Shown in pieces: positions 1 to 11,886 of a stretch of DNA of 64,000 bases. The stretch is from Bryobacterales bacterium (lineage in GTDB: Bacteria > Acidobacteriota > Terriglobia > Bryobacterales > UBA6623), in assembly GCA_963422375.2 (NCBI GenBank), contig CAXXKD010000001.1, positions 320,001 to 384,000 on the forward strand. The letters are read 5' to 3'. The notes under the pieces were generated by a model. That model saw nothing but the letters and a program-made list of their open reading frames with translations, had not been told where the DNA came from and did not search any database. The position numbers were made by a program, and so were the translations under genes. The first letter of the stretch is position 1. Every line of letters starts with the position of its first letter.

Positions 1-404
1 AAGTTGCTCAGCCGCTATTCGCAAAGATTTCCGTTATCTACCCAGAATCGCCAGGATTTCGGCCTATTCGTAGCATTCCAGCGAAATCTTTGCCTTGAGA
101 GATTGCATCTAACTTCTTTTTTATCAAATGGATACGAGTTTTGTCACTGGCACTAGTCTACCATGAAAATTCGAATGACTTGGCTCGGATACCGGAGCCT
201 TGGTTCGCCTCGAGCATAGAACCAGCAGCAGAGTTGTACGCGGATAAGTTGCGCAGTCCTTCATTTTTGCGGGCCGGTCGAGTCGGGATTCGACTGCGAT
301 TGGCCTGTGCTATCCCGATCGTAGAGCATCTGATCATCTTGGCTGGTTGGTGGCTGTTTCGCCGACGGATTCGGCACATTCCGCGCGCGAAGGCCCGGTA
401 GGAC

Positions 405-640
405 TCGCCGCTGCAAGCTGTCCATGGTCGCGTTCGCTTCCAGCGTCGAAGCGCCCATCGCCACGACCAGTCCCCGCAGGAAGGCCGCCTCTCCCAGCCG
501 CTCTAGGCCCCGGCCGAACGCCTGCATGTGCGCCGCGCCCGAAAGCCGCTGGTTCTTCGGGAAAGCGTGCAGGGATTCGGGGGCGCCTCGCGCGATCCAT
601 AGCCAAGGAAGGCGCGGCGGCTGAGAGTGCAGCGGTCCTA
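405..640 (-). pseudogene. Degenerate IS1182/IS5-like (DUF772-type) transposase fragment
   Basis: Minus-strand frames give LSRRAFLGYGSREAPPNPCTLSR and then QAFGRGLERLGEAAFLRGLVVAMGASTLEANATMDSLQRR. These resemble the family motifs FLGY..PDHSTISR and DATTLEANAA. Frameshifted, and the catalytic D is lost. Confidence 0.55.
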
Positions 641-993
641 CCGAGCTAGGCGCCGCTCTGATTCGAGCCCAGTCATCTAGCCCGGCTGCAGGAGCCCGAA
701 GTCCAACTAATGGGGCAGCGAGGGGCGGCCCGTGACGGCGACATGGATTGGCCGGCCGGAGCCCTCCGCGCAAGCCACTGCATCCTCGATCATTCGCATT
801 CCCATCGCCATGGGCACATTTTCGGAGAAGATTGACGTCCAATCGTTTGGCGCGTGACGAATCGGCGACTTCAGCGGGCTCCTTCAGCTTTCCGACTAGG
901 GGCTGCTTTGATCGGTCCGCGGATCGTAGCTAGTGCTTGTCACAAGACTACCCCCACCTTCAGGCAGCCCACACCCGTCTAAGCAAATCGCGA

Positions 994-2009
994 CCTGATT
1001 ACCAACGAACGTCAGCCGAGGATATGCTATACTGAAGGAGGTCGGAAATCTCTGATAGGAAAGGGGATAGCAGCTGAAACGCAATCGCGTGCAATTGCAG
1101 AAGGGACTCAGTCCGGGCAAGTTCCTGCAGCGCTACGGCAGCGAGGGGCCATGCGAGCAGGCCGTCTTCAACGCCCGCCGGCCGACGGCTTCCGCTGCCC
1201 GGAGTGCGGCTCCCGCCGGCACTGCCGCATCCGCTCCCGCAAGCTCTGGCAGTGCCATGCCTGCCACCGCCGGACCTCCCTCGTCGCCGGCACGATCTTG
1301 GCCGCCACCCAGCTGCCGCTGACCGTCCGGTTCCTGGCGCTTCACCTGCTGACGCAGGGCCAGCACGGCGTTTCGTCGCTGGAACTGGCGCGGCAGCCGG
1401 GCGTGAGCCGGAACACGGCTTGGAAGATGAAGCACAAGCTCTTGCAAGTGATGAAGGAGCGCGACGAGCGCGTGCCGCTGGGCGGCATCGTGCAAGTGGA
1501 CGACGCCTACTGGGGCGGGGAGTGGGGCGGGGAGCGGCGGGCAAGACGCCGTTCGTCGCCGCCGTGCAGGTCAGCGCCGCCGGCCAGCCGGCAAGGATGC
1601 GCCTGAGCAGCGTGGCGGGCTTGTGCAAGAAGACGCTGGCAGCGTGGGCCGGGCGGCACTTGCAGCCCGGCACGGAGGTGCATTCCGACGGCCCGGCCTG
1701 CTTGCGGGGCGTGGCCGGCGCCGGCTGCGAGCACGTGCCGACCGTCACCGGAGGCGGGCAGCGGAGCTGCGGGGATTCCCGCTTCGTCCGGGTCAGCACG
1801 ATGCTGGCGAACGTCAAGCAGTCCCTGGCGGGAACCTGCCATGCGCTCGACGGCAAGCACCTGCCGCGGTACCTCGCCGAGTTCCGCTACCGCTTCAACC
1901 GCCGCTACGACCTGGAGGCGCTGGTCCCCCGCCTGCTCCACGCCTCCGTGCGCACCCCGCCCATGCCGTACCGCCTCCTAACCCTGGCTGCGTCTTGTGG
2001 GTAATCAGG
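994..2009 (+). mobile_element. IS1595-family insertion sequence (1016 bp) with 8-bp target-site duplication
   Basis: Imperfect TIRs CCTGATTACCAACGAACGTCAGCC (from 994) and GGCTGCGTCTTGTGGGTAATCAGG (to 2009). Direct repeat AATCGCGA at 986-993 and 2010-2017. Confidence 0.92.
1074..2004 (+). pseudogene. IS1595 (ISXO2-like) transposase, frameshifted near 1180 and 1535
   Basis: Spread over three frames: RNRVQLQKGLS..., Zn ribbon CPECG...CHAC, VQVDDAYWGG, GKTPFVAAV, VHSDG, HLPRYLAEFRYRFNRR. Confidence 0.88.
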
Positions 2010-2210
2010 AATCGCGATTCTATATTCAATCGACTCGAATCTTGATCCGTCAGATACTGCGGTCTTGCTTGGGAAAGAATGCATGAGTCATAAGGATCAC
2101 TCGAGCGCCTTCAGGTCAGAAGACCCACGATTTCAGGATTCTCGCACGATTCGCCCCCAAGAGCCGAGATTCGTTGTGATCTTCGCTGAAGAATCTCTCT
2201 GGCGACCCGA

Positions 2211-3036
2211 GTGGATTCCGGGAGAGCGGCATCGCGGAAGACCGCCGGGTGCGTCGGCGAACTCGTCGGCCTGGTCGGCCCGGACAGCGGCGAGGGCTCG
2301 CTGGTCCCCCCGGAAGCCGCCGGGCCGCCGGGGGTCACCGTCACGTGCTGCTCGGGGGAAAGCCTCGAGCACCTCGGCGACCGCTGGTTCGACGCTGTCG
2401 TCATGGATCCGCCCAATTGCGACAACGTCTTGTACACCGAGCTCGCGGACTTCATCTAAGTCTGGCTCAAGCGGACGGCGGGGTAGGTGTTCCCGGAACA
2501 GTTCCGCCGGCGCCTCGCCGCCAAGGACACGGGGGCCGTCGCGGATCCTGCCAGGTTCCGGGGCGTCAAGGGGGCCGGCACGCTGGCCGCTGCGGAATAC
2601 CGTGAGCGGATGTGTGCGATCTCCGCCGAGTGTCGCCGGGTACTCAAGCCCTGAGGCGTTATGACCCTCATGCTCACGCATGCGGTCGGCGCTGCGTGGG
2701 ATTCCCTGACGGCGGGCCTGATCGAGGCGGGCTTCGTCACCACCACGACCTGGCCGGTGAGCACGGAGGCCGAGGGCAGCCAGCACATCAGGGACAGGGC
2801 CGCGACGAAGAGCACTGTGCTGTTGTCGTGCCGGCCGCGGCCGGCTTGGCCCGGTGGACGGGTCGCGGGCGATCATCGACGCTGTCCATCATGCCTCCAG
2901 CGTGACGCGGCAGCGGGGGATGGCTCAGCCGGGGGAAGCGGCAAGCGACTTCCAAGCTCTCTACGAGCTCTACTGTGCGCTGTACACCAAGCAGATGGAC
3001 GAGCCCGAGCAGTTGAAGCTCTGGAGGGAGGGCTAG
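2211..3036 (+). pseudogene. C-terminal remnant of a DUF1156-type adenine-specific DNA methyltransferase
   Basis: VVMDPPNCDNVLYTELADFI*VWLKRTAG*...ECRRVLKP*GVMTLMLTH...AWDSLTAGLIEAGF...WPVSTE. Resembles [23 protein letters not shown]. Three in-frame stops. Confidence 0.8.
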
Positions 3037-3382
3037 CCGCATCAATTGCGTCCGGCTGAGGGGTGTCACGCTCTGTGGATCTCCGGTCTATTTCCGGGGA
3101 TGAATCCTGCGCCGCGGTTGGGCCCTAGCGATGCTCCTTGACGGACCGCCCGTGCTGACGTTCGCGAAGGGCTTGGGACGTTCCGCGTTCGGGCCGGTGG
3201 GCGGACATCCAGAGACCGAGGAGCGGAGGTCCCCAGCCGACAAGACCGACGAGACGACCAAGATCCCGGCGCGCCGGTGGCGGGCGCGCCGCGGCATGGT
3301 ACGCGGAGCAGGTCTCGCTCCTAGTCGGTCCTCGGCCGACTGGAGCGGTTAGTGAGCTGGGACGTTCTATCATGGCTAGGAC

Positions 3383-4201
3383 ATGGAGTTGCTCGGCGGT
3401 AAGACTGCGATCGTTACTGGATCCGGTCGCAGCATCGGCAAGGCCGTCGCCAAGTTGCTCTCCCAGCATGGCGCCCGGGTCGTAGTCAACGACTTGGATC
3501 CGGAGCCGGTCCAGGAGACTGCCGCCGAAATCAGGGACCTCGGCGGCGAGGTCGCCGTCTGCACCGGCAGCGTCACGGATCCCAGCGTGCCCGGCAGGAT
3601 CGTGGGGACCGCGCTGGACAAGTTCGGCTCGGTGGACGTGATCGTCAACAACGCCGGCTATACATGGGACGGCGTCATTCACAAGATGAGCGACGAGCAG
3701 TTCGACGCGATGCTCGACGTCCACCTCAGGGCCCCCTTCCGCATGGTGCGGGCCGCCGCTCCGTTCCTGCGCGAGTCCGCCAAGTCCGACATCGCCGCGG
3801 GGCGCAGGCCGCCCTGCCGCAAGATCGTCAATGTGAGCTCCACCTCGGGCGTAGCCGGCAACGCCGGCCAGATCAACTACGCGGCCGGCAAGATGGGCGT
3901 CGTCGGGATGACCAAGACCATCGCCAAGGAGTGGGGCCGCTTCAACATCTGCTGCAACGCCGTCGCCTACGGCTTCATCGAGTCGCGTCTCACCCAGGCG
4001 AAGGAGAAGGGCGACAAGACCTCCTCCGGAGTTGCGCTCGGCATCCCGCAGCGCCAGAGAGACGGGGCGATCCGGCACATACCGCTGGGCCGCCACGGCA
4101 CACCCGAGGACGCTGCCGGGCCGGTGCTGTTCCTCGCCTCGGGCCTGTCCGATTATGTGACCGGCTCGGTCGTGCTAGTCACCGGCGGCAGCGTGGTCTG
4201 A
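3383..4201 (+). CDS. Short-chain dehydrogenase/reductase (FabG-like)
   Basis: TGSGRSIG, NNAG and YAAGK (YxxxK) motifs; 272 aa. Confidence 0.92.
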   Translation: MELLGGKTAIVTGSGRSIGKAVAKLLSQHGARVVVNDLDPEPVQETAAEIRDLGGEVAVCTGSVTDPSVPGRIVGTALDKFGSVDVIVNNAGYTWDGVIHKMSDEQFDAMLDVHLRAPFRMVRAAAPFLRESAKSDIAAGRRPPCRKIVNVSSTSGVAGNAGQINYAAGKMGVVGMTKTIAKEWGRFNICCNAVAYGFIESRLTQAKEKGDKTSSGVALGIPQRQRDGAIRHIPLGRHGTPEDAAGPVLFLASGLSDYVTGSVVLVTGGSVV

Positions 4202-4389
4202 GCGTCTGAGTCGCAGTCGGCCTGCTCGCTGCGGGGGCAGGCCCCGCAGCGCAGCGACTCGCCTCGTGCGTCCTGCACGTCAGGGCCGCCGCACGAACCG
4301 CGCAGGCAGCGGTTCTTTGAGAGCAGTCCGATCGACATGATCGCCATGGCCGCGGCGATCAGTCCGAAGGCGAGAGCGAAGGTGGTCAT
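4153..4389 (-). CDS. nqrM: Na+-NQR maturation protein NqrM-like
   Basis: Small protein with an N-terminal TM helix, LRGSCGG and CGAC cysteines; immediately downstream of apbE. Confidence 0.75.
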   Translation of the reverse strand: MTTFALAFGLIAAAMAIMSIGLLSKNRCLRGSCGGPDVQDARGESLRCGACPRSEQADCDSDAQTTLPPVTSTTEPVT

Positions 4390-5426
4390 GGCCCCTCAGC
4401 GCTCATTCTTGCACGGAGCCCGCTCGACACGGCTTCGCGCAACGAGCCGTCGGCCTCGCGCACGATGAGCAGCACGGCGAGCCCCTCGCGCTCGGCAAGG
4501 GCCAAGCCCTCGCGCTCCCCCAGCGCGAGCATGGCGGTAGCGAGCGCGTCCGCTCGCATCGCGCTCGGATCGAGCACCGTGGCCGAAGCGACCCGCCCGC
4601 TCGCCGGCCGGCCCGTCCGTGGGTCGAGCACGTGACCCAGCCTACGCCCGTCCAGCTCGCGGAAGTCGCGGTAGTCCCCGGACGTGGCCGCGCCCGTGTC
4701 GCTGACGCGCAGGATGCGCTGGACGCTGCGGCCGACTGCGACGGGCCGCTCGACGCCGACCCGCCACGGCCCTCCGTCCTGGTTGGTGCCCCCCGCCCGC
4801 ACCTCGCCGCCGACTTCCACGAAGTGGTCGCGATATCCGAGCCGCTCGAGCGCCGAAGCGACGCGGTCGACGGCGTAGCCCTTGGCGATAGCCGAGAGGT
4901 CGCACTGCAGGCCCGGCACGCCTTTCCGAGCCCTTCCGCCCTGCGGCTCCAGCTCCAGCCGCCGCCAGCCCGTGCGGCCCCGCAGCCTCTCTAGGTCGTC
5001 GTCCGAGGGGGGCACGCCGCGGCCGTCCGGCCCGAATCCCCAAGCGTCCACCAGCGGGCCCACCGTGACGTCGAACGCCCCGCCGGTCAGCGCGCTAGCC
5101 GACCGGGCCGCTTCGAGCACCGCAAGCGTCTCTTCCGATAGGGGGAACGGGTCGGTCGACCGGTGCCGGTTGAACCGCGAGATCTCCGAGTCCTCGCGGT
5201 AGGTCGACATCAGCCGGTCCACGCGCTCGATTTCGTCGCGTGCGGCCGCGGCGATTCGGGACCGCTCCGCCGCGGCCGCGCGCGGCACCGTCAGCGAGAA
5301 GGATGTCCCCAAGGCGGGGCCTTCCACTCGCAGCGCGCCGGGCTCGCCACGGTCTCGCGAGCAAGCCGCCAGCGCCGCCAGGCCGGTCAGGAGGACCGCG
5401 CGGGCGCGGTGCCGGAGCCTAGCCAC
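4386..5426 (-). CDS. apbE: FAD:protein FMN transferase (lipoprotein)
   Basis: Lipobox [28 protein letters not shown] and ADALATA motifs. Confidence 0.95.
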   Translation of the reverse strand: MARLRHRARAVLLTGLAALAACSRDRGEPGALRVEGPALGTSFSLTVPRAAAAERSRIAAAARDEIERVDRLMSTYREDSEISRFNRHRSTDPFPLSEETLAVLEAARSASALTGGAFDVTVGPLVDAWGFGPDGRGVPPSDDDLERLRGRTGWRRLELEPQGGRARKGVPGLQCDLSAIAKGYAVDRVASALERLGYRDHFVEVGGEVRAGGTNQDGGPWRVGVERPVAVGRSVQRILRVSDTGAATSGDYRDFRELDGRRLGHVLDPRTGRPASGRVASATVLDPSAMRADALATAMLALGEREGLALAEREGLAVLLIVREADGSLREAVSSGLRARMSAEGP

Positions 5427-6648
5427 CGAAGTCGTCGAACATGATGTTCTCCGGCTCGACTCCCAAGCTGTCGAGCATCTTGAAGCACGCCGTCATCATG
5501 GGTGGCGGGCCGCAGATGTAGTACTCGCAGTCCTCTGGCGCGGGGTGGTCCTTCAGGTAGTTGTCGTGTAGGACCTGGTGGATGAATCCCGTATAGCCCG
5601 TCCAGTTGTCTTCCTCCAGCGGATCCGACAGCGCCAGGTGCCACCTGAAGTTCGGGTTCTCCCGCTGGATCATGTCGAAGTCGTCGAGGTAGAACGCCTC
5701 GCGCAGGCTGCGGGCGCCGTACCAGAACGTCACCTTGCGCTTCGTGCCGATCCTCCGGAACTGGTCGAAGATGTGCGAGCGCATCGGAGCCATGCCCGCC
5801 CCGCCGCCGACGAACACCATCTCCGCCGGCGTGTCCCGGGCGAAGAACTCGCCGAACGGGCCCGAGATCTCGACCTCGTCGCCCGGCTTGAGTCCGAAGA
5901 TGTACGACGACATCTTGCCGGGGGGCGTGTCCTCCGGCGCCCGCGGCGGCGGGGTCGCCACTCGCACGTTCAGCATGATCACGCCCAGCTCCTCGGGGTA
6001 GTTCGCCATCGAGTAGGCCCGCTCGACCGGCTCCTCGATGGTCGAGACGTAGCGCCAGAGATTGAACCGGTCCCAGTCGGGGCGGTATTCCTCGGGCACG
6101 TCGAAGTCCTTGTACCGGACGGTGTGGGCGGGGCAGTTGATCTGGATGTAGCCGCCGGCGCGGAAGGGCACCGACTCGCCCCGCGGTAGCTCCAGCAGGA
6201 GTTCCTTGATGAAGGTGGCCACGTTGTCGTTGGACCGCACCCGGCACATCCAGCGGCGTACCGAGAACACCTCGTCCGGCACGCGGATCTCCAAGTCCTG
6301 CTTGACCTTGACCTGGCAGGACAGGCGCACGCCCTCGCGCGCCTCGCCTCGCGTGACGTGGCTGGCCTCGGTCGGCAGCATGGCCCCGCCGCCTTCGCAC
6401 ACCGTCACCTTGCACACGCCGCAGCTGCCCTTGCCTCCGCAGGCGGAGGCGATGAAGATCTTGCGGTCGGCCAGCGTGTTGAGGAGCGTGCCGCCCGAGC
6501 GCGCGGTCAGCGCGTTGGCGGGGTCGCCGTTGATGCCGATCGTGACCTCGCCGCCCGCGACGAGCTTGTTCTTGGCCACCATCAGCAGGGCGACCAGCGA
6601 CACGATGACGCCGGTGAACATCCCGACGCCGAGCAGTACGGTGATCAT
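5419..6648 (-). CDS. nqrF: Na+-translocating NADH:quinone reductase subunit F
   Basis: [12 protein letters not shown] [2Fe-2S] motif, [20 protein letters not shown]-terminal FDDFGG. Confidence 0.97.
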   Translation of the reverse strand: MITVLLGVGMFTGVIVSLVALLMVAKNKLVAGGEVTIGINGDPANALTARSGGTLLNTLADRKIFIASACGGKGSCGVCKVTVCEGGGAMLPTEASHVTRGEAREGVRLSCQVKVKQDLEIRVPDEVFSVRRWMCRVRSNDNVATFIKELLLELPRGESVPFRAGGYIQINCPAHTVRYKDFDVPEEYRPDWDRFNLWRYVSTIEEPVERAYSMANYPEELGVIMLNVRVATPPPRAPEDTPPGKMSSYIFGLKPGDEVEISGPFGEFFARDTPAEMVFVGGGAGMAPMRSHIFDQFRRIGTKRKVTFWYGARSLREAFYLDDFDMIQRENPNFRWHLALSDPLEEDNWTGYTGFIHQVLHDNYLKDHPAPEDCEYYICGPPPMMTACFKMLDSLGVEPENIMFDDFGG

Positions 6649-6679
6649 CGCGTTCTCTCGTATCCTCGTTCCGGCCAGC

Positions 6680-7294
6680 CTACAGCTGGATCCCTCCGAA
6701 GGCCATGAACCCGATCGCCATCAGGCCCGACAGGACGAACGTCATTCCGAGCCCGCGCAGGCCCATCGGGATGTTGCTGTACTGCAGCCGCTCGCGGATG
6801 GAGGCCAAGGCCACGATGGCCATCGCCCAGCCGATTCCCGACCCGAGGCCGAATACGGCGCTCTCGGCCAGATCGTAGGTGCGCTCGACCATGAACAGCG
6901 ACCCGCCCAGGATCGCGCAATTCACCGCGATCAGCGGCAGGAACACGCCCAGCGCCGCGTACAGGGCGGGGAAGAAGCGGTCCAGCGTCATCTCCACGAT
7001 CTGGACCATGGCGGCGATCGTGCCGATGTAGCACAGGAATCCCAGGAAGGAGAGGTCGTACGCCGCCAGCTGCGGCGAGATCCACGCCATGGCACCCTCG
7101 CTCAGGAGGCGCGTGTAGATGAGATTGTTGATCGGCACCGTGACGGTCTGGACGAAGATGACCGCCGCGCCCAGCCCGAGCGCCGTGTTCACCTTTCTCG
7201 AGCAGGCGAGGAAGGAGCACATGCCGAGGAAGAACGCCAAGGCTAGGTTCTCGACGAAGATAGCCTTCACGGCCAGATTCAGGTAGTGTTCCAC
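6680..7294 (-). CDS. nqrE: Na+-NQR subunit E
   Basis: [27 protein letters not shown]. Confidence 0.96.
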   Translation of the reverse strand: MEHYLNLAVKAIFVENLALAFFLGMCSFLACSRKVNTALGLGAAVIFVQTVTVPINNLIYTRLLSEGAMAWISPQLAAYDLSFLGFLCYIGTIAAMVQIVEMTLDRFFPALYAALGVFLPLIAVNCAILGGSLFMVERTYDLAESAVFGLGSGIGWAMAIVALASIRERLQYSNIPMGLRGLGMTFVLSGLMAIGFMAFGGIQL

Positions 7295-7298
7295 GCTC

Positions 7299-7925
7299 CT
7301 AGCCCTCCGCCTCCACTTGGTCGGTCTTCCACGCCCGCAGGGCCCAGATGAAGAACCCGATCAGGAAAAACGCACCGGCCGGGCTCCCGAGGATGCCGTT
7401 CGGGAAGTACCAGCCTCCCTCGTTGGCCTTCGGCAGCACCACCGCGCCGAAGACCGTGCCTTGCGCCAGCAGCTCGCGCAGGAACGCCGTGGCCATCAGC
7501 ACGGCGCTGTATCCGAGGCCGTTGCCGACCCCGTCCAGCAGGCTGTCGAGCGGGCCGTTCTGCATCGCGTAGGCCTCCGCCCGCCCCATGATGATGCAGT
7601 TGGTGATGATCAGTCCCACGAACACGGAGAGCTGCTTGCTGATCTCGAAGAGGTAGGCCTTGAGCACCTGGTCCGTCATGATCACCAGCGAGGCGATTAT
7701 CGTGAGCTGCACGATGATGCGCACGTTGCCGGGGATGAAGTTGCGCAGCAGGCTGATCGACAGGTTGGACAGCGCGAGCACGCTGATCACGGCCGCGCAC
7801 ATCACCAGCGCGGTTTCGAGCTTCGACGTGACCGCGAGCGCCGAGCAAATGCCCAGCACCTGCAGGGCGATCGGGTTGCTCTCGAACAGGGGGTCGAGCA
7901 GCGTCTTGGTCCGTGTGGCGCTCAT
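7299..7925 (-). CDS. nqrD: Na+-NQR subunit D
   Basis: [17 protein letters not shown] and LIITNCI. ATG at 7925 overlaps the nqrC stop. Confidence 0.96.
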   Translation of the reverse strand: MSATRTKTLLDPLFESNPIALQVLGICSALAVTSKLETALVMCAAVISVLALSNLSISLLRNFIPGNVRIIVQLTIIASLVIMTDQVLKAYLFEISKQLSVFVGLIITNCIIMGRAEAYAMQNGPLDSLLDGVGNGLGYSAVLMATAFLRELLAQGTVFGAVVLPKANEGGWYFPNGILGSPAGAFFLIGFFIWALRAWKTDQVEAEG

Positions 7926-8695
7926 CGGGCCGGTCCCTCCTTGAAGCGCTGCAGGTAGCTCTGGAATCCGTTCCCCCCGAGCCAGAGGTCGAGCATCGCC
8001 GTGACTCCGTTGCACGTGATCGTCGCGCCGGTCAGGCCGTCGACCTCGTGCGGCGCCTGGTCGGCGGGGGCCGCCGGGCCCTTGATCACCCGCAGAGCCG
8101 GGGCGCCCGCGGGGCCGTAGATCTTGCGGCCGGGCCAGACCGCCTTCCAGCTGGGGTTGTCGACCTCGCCGCCCAGGCCCGGGGTCTCGCCGTGCTGGTA
8201 GTAGGTGATGCCGCGGACCGTGGTGCCGTCGCGGTCCACGGCGAGGAACCCGTACAGGGTGGACCACAGCCCGTATCCCTGGATCGGCAGGACCGCCATG
8301 GTCGGCTGGCCGTCCTCCAGCACCTCGTAGACCAGCGCGTTGAGCGGCAGTCGCTGCACGGAAGCGCGGTTGTCCGGGGCGGGGCGGCTCGTTTGCGGAT
8401 CCCGCGCGGCCTTGGCCTGGTCGAAGGTGACCGGGTCGATGTCCGTCGCGGTGCCGCTCTCCAGGTCGATGACCACCGGGCGGACCCGCCCGAAGATCTG
8501 CTGGACCTCGTCAGGGTCCAGCCGGTCTTCCGAGTCGGCCAGGCCGGCGGCGTAGAGGACGTTGCGCTGCTTGTCGAGCGCGGCGTTCCTCTGCTGGCTC
8601 TCCTTCAGCGATACCGCGGCCGAGGACACCAGCACGGCGCACACCACGCACACCGCGGCCGAGAATAGGATCGTGTACAGGGCGTTATGCCGCAT
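7922..8695 (-). CDS. nqrC: Na+-NQR subunit C
   Basis: GYGLWS, GETPGLG and the FMN-attachment motif TGAT. Confidence 0.96.
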   Translation of the reverse strand: MRHNALYTILFSAAVCVVCAVLVSSAAVSLKESQQRNAALDKQRNVLYAAGLADSEDRLDPDEVQQIFGRVRPVVIDLESGTATDIDPVTFDQAKAARDPQTSRPAPDNRASVQRLPLNALVYEVLEDGQPTMAVLPIQGYGLWSTLYGFLAVDRDGTTVRGITYYQHGETPGLGGEVDNPSWKAVWPGRKIYGPAGAPALRVIKGPAAPADQAPHEVDGLTGATITCNGVTAMLDLWLGGNGFQSYLQRFKEGPAR

Positions 8696-9902
8696 AGCGC
8701 GCCCTCCTGCGCTTGACGTTGGCCTGGACCACGAAGTGGTCGATGAGTGAGGCGAACATGTTCATGAACAGGATCGCCAGCATCATGCCCTCGGGGTAGG
8801 CGGGGTTGATCACGCGGATCAGGATGGCGAGCACCCCGATCAGGAAGCCGTAGACGTAGCGCCCCTTGTTGGTGTGGGCGGCGGAGACCGGATCGGTCGC
8901 CATGAAGACGAGGCCGAAGGCCCAGCCCCCGAGCACTAGATGCCACTCGAACGGCACGTCCAGCAGCGGGTTCGTCGTCGATCCCGCCGCGTTCAGGATC
9001 TGCACCATGGCGAAGGAGCCCGCGACTCCGGCCAGCATGATGCGCCAGGATCCGATTCCCGTCGCCACGAGCACGGCCGCGCCGATCAGGCAGGCCAGGG
9101 TCGACGTCTCGCCCATCGATCCCGGCACGAGCCCGAGAAACGCCTGCGTCCACGTCACGCCGCCTCCGGCGAGCGCCTCGGGGCCGGTCGTGGCCGCCTG
9201 GGCGAGCCAGGTGGCCCCGCTGCTCCCGTCCACGGTCGTGTCCGCGGCGATCCAGACCTGGTCGCCGGAAATCTGCGCCGGGTAGGCGAAGAACAGGAAC
9301 GCCCGCGACATCAGGGCGGGGTTGAAGACGTTCATTCCGGTGCCGCCGAAGATCTCCTTGCCCACGATGACGCCGAAGGCGATGCCCAGCGCGACCTGCC
9401 ACAGCGGGATGGTCGGCGGGAGCACCAGCGGGAAGAGCATGCCTGTCACGAGGAAGCCTTCGTTGATTTCGTGCCTGCGCACGACGGAGAACAGGGCCTC
9501 GCAATTGCCGCCGACGGCGAAGGTCACCAGCAGGACCGGCAGGTAGTACAGCGCCCCGTGGAGCGCGCAGGCGGCCAAGTCGGCCGGGTCGAACGAGCCG
9601 AAGCCGAGCCGGACCATCAAGGCGGTCTGCCACGTGTCGAGGGGCTGCGCGCCCGCCGAGATCGCGAGATTGGCCTGATATCCTGTGTTGTACAGCGCCA
9701 TGGCCACGCAGGGCAGCAGCGAGAGCACCACCGTGACCATCATGCGCTTCACGTCGATGCCGTCGCGGACGTGCGACGCGCCCCGCGTCGACGAGCCCGG
9801 CGTATAGAGGAACGTGTCGGCGGCCTCGTACAGCGGGTACAGCCGCTCGAGGCGCCCGCCGGGCTCGAAATGCCTAGCCAGTGAGTCGAGAATCGCGCGC
9901 AT
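8685..9902 (-). CDS. nqrB: Na+-NQR subunit B
   Basis: [18 protein letters not shown] motif [12 protein letters not shown]. Confidence 0.96.
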   Translation of the reverse strand: MRAILDSLARHFEPGGRLERLYPLYEAADTFLYTPGSSTRGASHVRDGIDVKRMMVTVVLSLLPCVAMALYNTGYQANLAISAGAQPLDTWQTALMVRLGFGSFDPADLAACALHGALYYLPVLLVTFAVGGNCEALFSVVRRHEINEGFLVTGMLFPLVLPPTIPLWQVALGIAFGVIVGKEIFGGTGMNVFNPALMSRAFLFFAYPAQISGDQVWIAADTTVDGSSGATWLAQAATTGPEALAGGGVTWTQAFLGLVPGSMGETSTLACLIGAAVLVATGIGSWRIMLAGVAGSFAMVQILNAAGSTTNPLLDVPFEWHLVLGGWAFGLVFMATDPVSAAHTNKGRYVYGFLIGVLAILIRVINPAYPEGMMLAILFMNMFASLIDHFVVQANVKRRRARYAA

Positions 9903-9939
9903 GATCTGATCGGTCCTGCCGTGCGTGGCGGCGCAGCGC

Positions 9940-11313
9940 CTAGCCTTCCTTCTCCAGAGTGGTCAGCACCTCGCGCAGCAGCTCGCCGTACTCCGCCTTC
10001 TCGGGCGACACGAACGAGCACAGCCCGAGATCCTCCTCGAGCAGCTCCAGCGCCCCAAGCTCCTCGGCCCGCTCCGGGTTGGCGGCCAGGAGGGAGCGGA
10101 GCAGGGGGGCCGGCAGGATGTCCATGGGCATGACCCGCTCGTAGACGCCCACCGGAACCATCGCGCGCACCGAGCCGTTGGTGGTCGTCGTGAACCGGTA
10201 CTTGCTGCGGGGAATCCACTTGCCGAGAAACGTCCGCAGCAGGGAAAACGTGGCCGTGCCGGGCGCCAGCCAGCCCAGCAGGTGCCGCCGGGTGTCCTCG
10301 GGCAGCGCGCACACCTGGTGATGGAAGCGTCCCACGTACCCGAAGACCGGTCCCTCGGCACGCCGTCCCGACAGCACCGACCCGGAAATGACCCGCGCCC
10401 GGTCGGCGGACAGCTCGCGCTCGGTGAGGGCCTCCGTGGAAGCCCCGATGCGGGTCCGCAGCAGGCGCGGGCGGGCTACGGCCGGCCCCGCCAGGGAGAC
10501 CACCCGGTCGACCGGCAGCCTGCCCGTCGCGAAAAGCGCGCCGATGGCGATCGTGTCTTGGTATCCAACGTGCCACACCTGCTTGTTGCGGTCCACCGGA
10601 TCGAGCAGGTGGATGTGGAGCCCGGCTGTCCCGCTGGGGTGGGGCCCCTCGAACTCCTCCAGCCTGACGCCGCTCGCCGCGGGCGCCTCGACGCCCGAGC
10701 GGCGCGCCTTGCAGACGTATATCGGCGCGTCGTTCGCGACTTGGCGCAGGGCGATCACGCCGCGCGCGAAGTGCTCCTCGCGGCCCCGCAGGACGGCGTC
10801 GACGTCCGGAGCCAGAGGGGCGGAGTCGGCGGCTGTCACGAAGATCGAGTGAGGCTCGCCGTCGATGGCGGGCACGCGCCCGAAGGGCCGCGCCCGCAGG
10901 GCGGTCCAGAGGCCCGACTCGACTAGCAGCCGGCGCACGCTGGCGCCGGCCAGCTCCGCCGGATGCCGGCCCTCGTAGGACTTGAAGGAGATGCAGTCGC
11001 CGTGGCCCGCCTGCTCGGCCGCATCCAGCTGCAGCACGACCGATTGCAGCGCGCGCCGGTCGCCGCGGTTGATGGCGGTCACGCGCCCGGCGCCCGGGGC
11101 GGTATAGCGCACGCCGGGCGTCTTCTTGTCCTCGAACAGCGCCTGGCCGCGACGGACAGAGTCACCTACCGTGACGAACATGGTCGGCTTCATGCCTACG
11201 TAGTCCTCGGCGAGAAGGGCGACTCGCCCCGCCGAGGGTGCTTGGTCGATCTCTTGCGCCGGGCGGCCCGTGATGGGCAGGTCCAAGCCCTTGCGAATCT
11301 TGTGGACGGCCAT
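9940..11313 (-). CDS. nqrA: Na+-NQR subunit A
   Basis: [33 protein letters not shown]. Confidence 0.96.
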   Translation of the reverse strand: MAVHKIRKGLDLPITGRPAQEIDQAPSAGRVALLAEDYVGMKPTMFVTVGDSVRRGQALFEDKKTPGVRYTAPGAGRVTAINRGDRRALQSVVLQLDAAEQAGHGDCISFKSYEGRHPAELAGASVRRLLVESGLWTALRARPFGRVPAIDGEPHSIFVTAADSAPLAPDVDAVLRGREEHFARGVIALRQVANDAPIYVCKARRSGVEAPAASGVRLEEFEGPHPSGTAGLHIHLLDPVDRNKQVWHVGYQDTIAIGALFATGRLPVDRVVSLAGPAVARPRLLRTRIGASTEALTERELSADRARVISGSVLSGRRAEGPVFGYVGRFHHQVCALPEDTRRHLLGWLAPGTATFSLLRTFLGKWIPRSKYRFTTTTNGSVRAMVPVGVYERVMPMDILPAPLLRSLLAANPERAEELGALELLEEDLGLCSFVSPEKAEYGELLREVLTTLEKEG

Positions 11314-11617
11314 ATGCCTTTCGTTGCCGTGCTGCCCGCGCGCCCTGCCCGTGGTGCCGCCTTGGCGTCAGTCCTTCAACGGAGGGCCGACGGGGCGCGG
11401 TGCCGCGACGGCGCGATTGCCTTGGCCGAACGGCGCGGACGCCGGCATCGATGGGCCGCCGGAGCGTCGGCTCTGGGGAGGGGGGAGCATGGGGCCGCGA
11501 GGATGGGGCGCGTCGAGGCCGTCACCGGCGACGTCTCCCATTGTAGCCGTTCGGGAGGTGCCGCCGGAGGTGTCGCGCAGGCACGCTGAGCGAGCGCCGC
11601 GGGAGGCCCGGATTCGC

Positions 11618-11640
11618 GGGGGGGGGGGGGGGGGTATAAT
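11618..11640 (+). promoter_or_regulatory. G17 homopolymer abutting a perfect TATAAT -10 box; probable leaderless promoter of thiS
   Basis: 17 G at 11618-11634, TATAAT at 11635-11640, ATG at 11647. Confidence 0.65.
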
Positions 11641-11646
11641 GCTCCA

Positions 11647-11886
11647 ATGATTCCTGCAGCAGTCTCGGTCGATGGGCCGGTAGCCCTCGTCGTCACGCTG
11701 AACGGCGAGCCGCGCAGCCTGCAAGGGCCCATCTCGCTGCTTGGCTTGGTGGACGGGTTGGGACTCGACGGGAGTGCGGTCGCCATCGAGCGAAATCGCG
11801 AGATCGTCCGGCGGAGCCAGTGGCCCCGGACGGCGATGCGCGACGGCGACAGGATCGAGGTCGTGCATTTCGTCGGGGGCGGCTAG
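11647..11886 (+). CDS. thiS: Sulfur carrier protein ThiS
   Basis: LNGE...VAIERNREIV...DRIEVVHFVGGG with C-terminal GG. Confidence 0.9.
   Translation: MIPAAVSVDGPVALVVTLNGEPRSLQGPISLLGLVDGLGLDGSAVAIERNREIVRRSQWPRTAMRDGDRIEVVHFVGGG

Noticed and set aside
141..401. 86-aa ORF with hydrophobic C-terminus
   Set aside because: No recognisable family, weak TTG start; may be a remnant.
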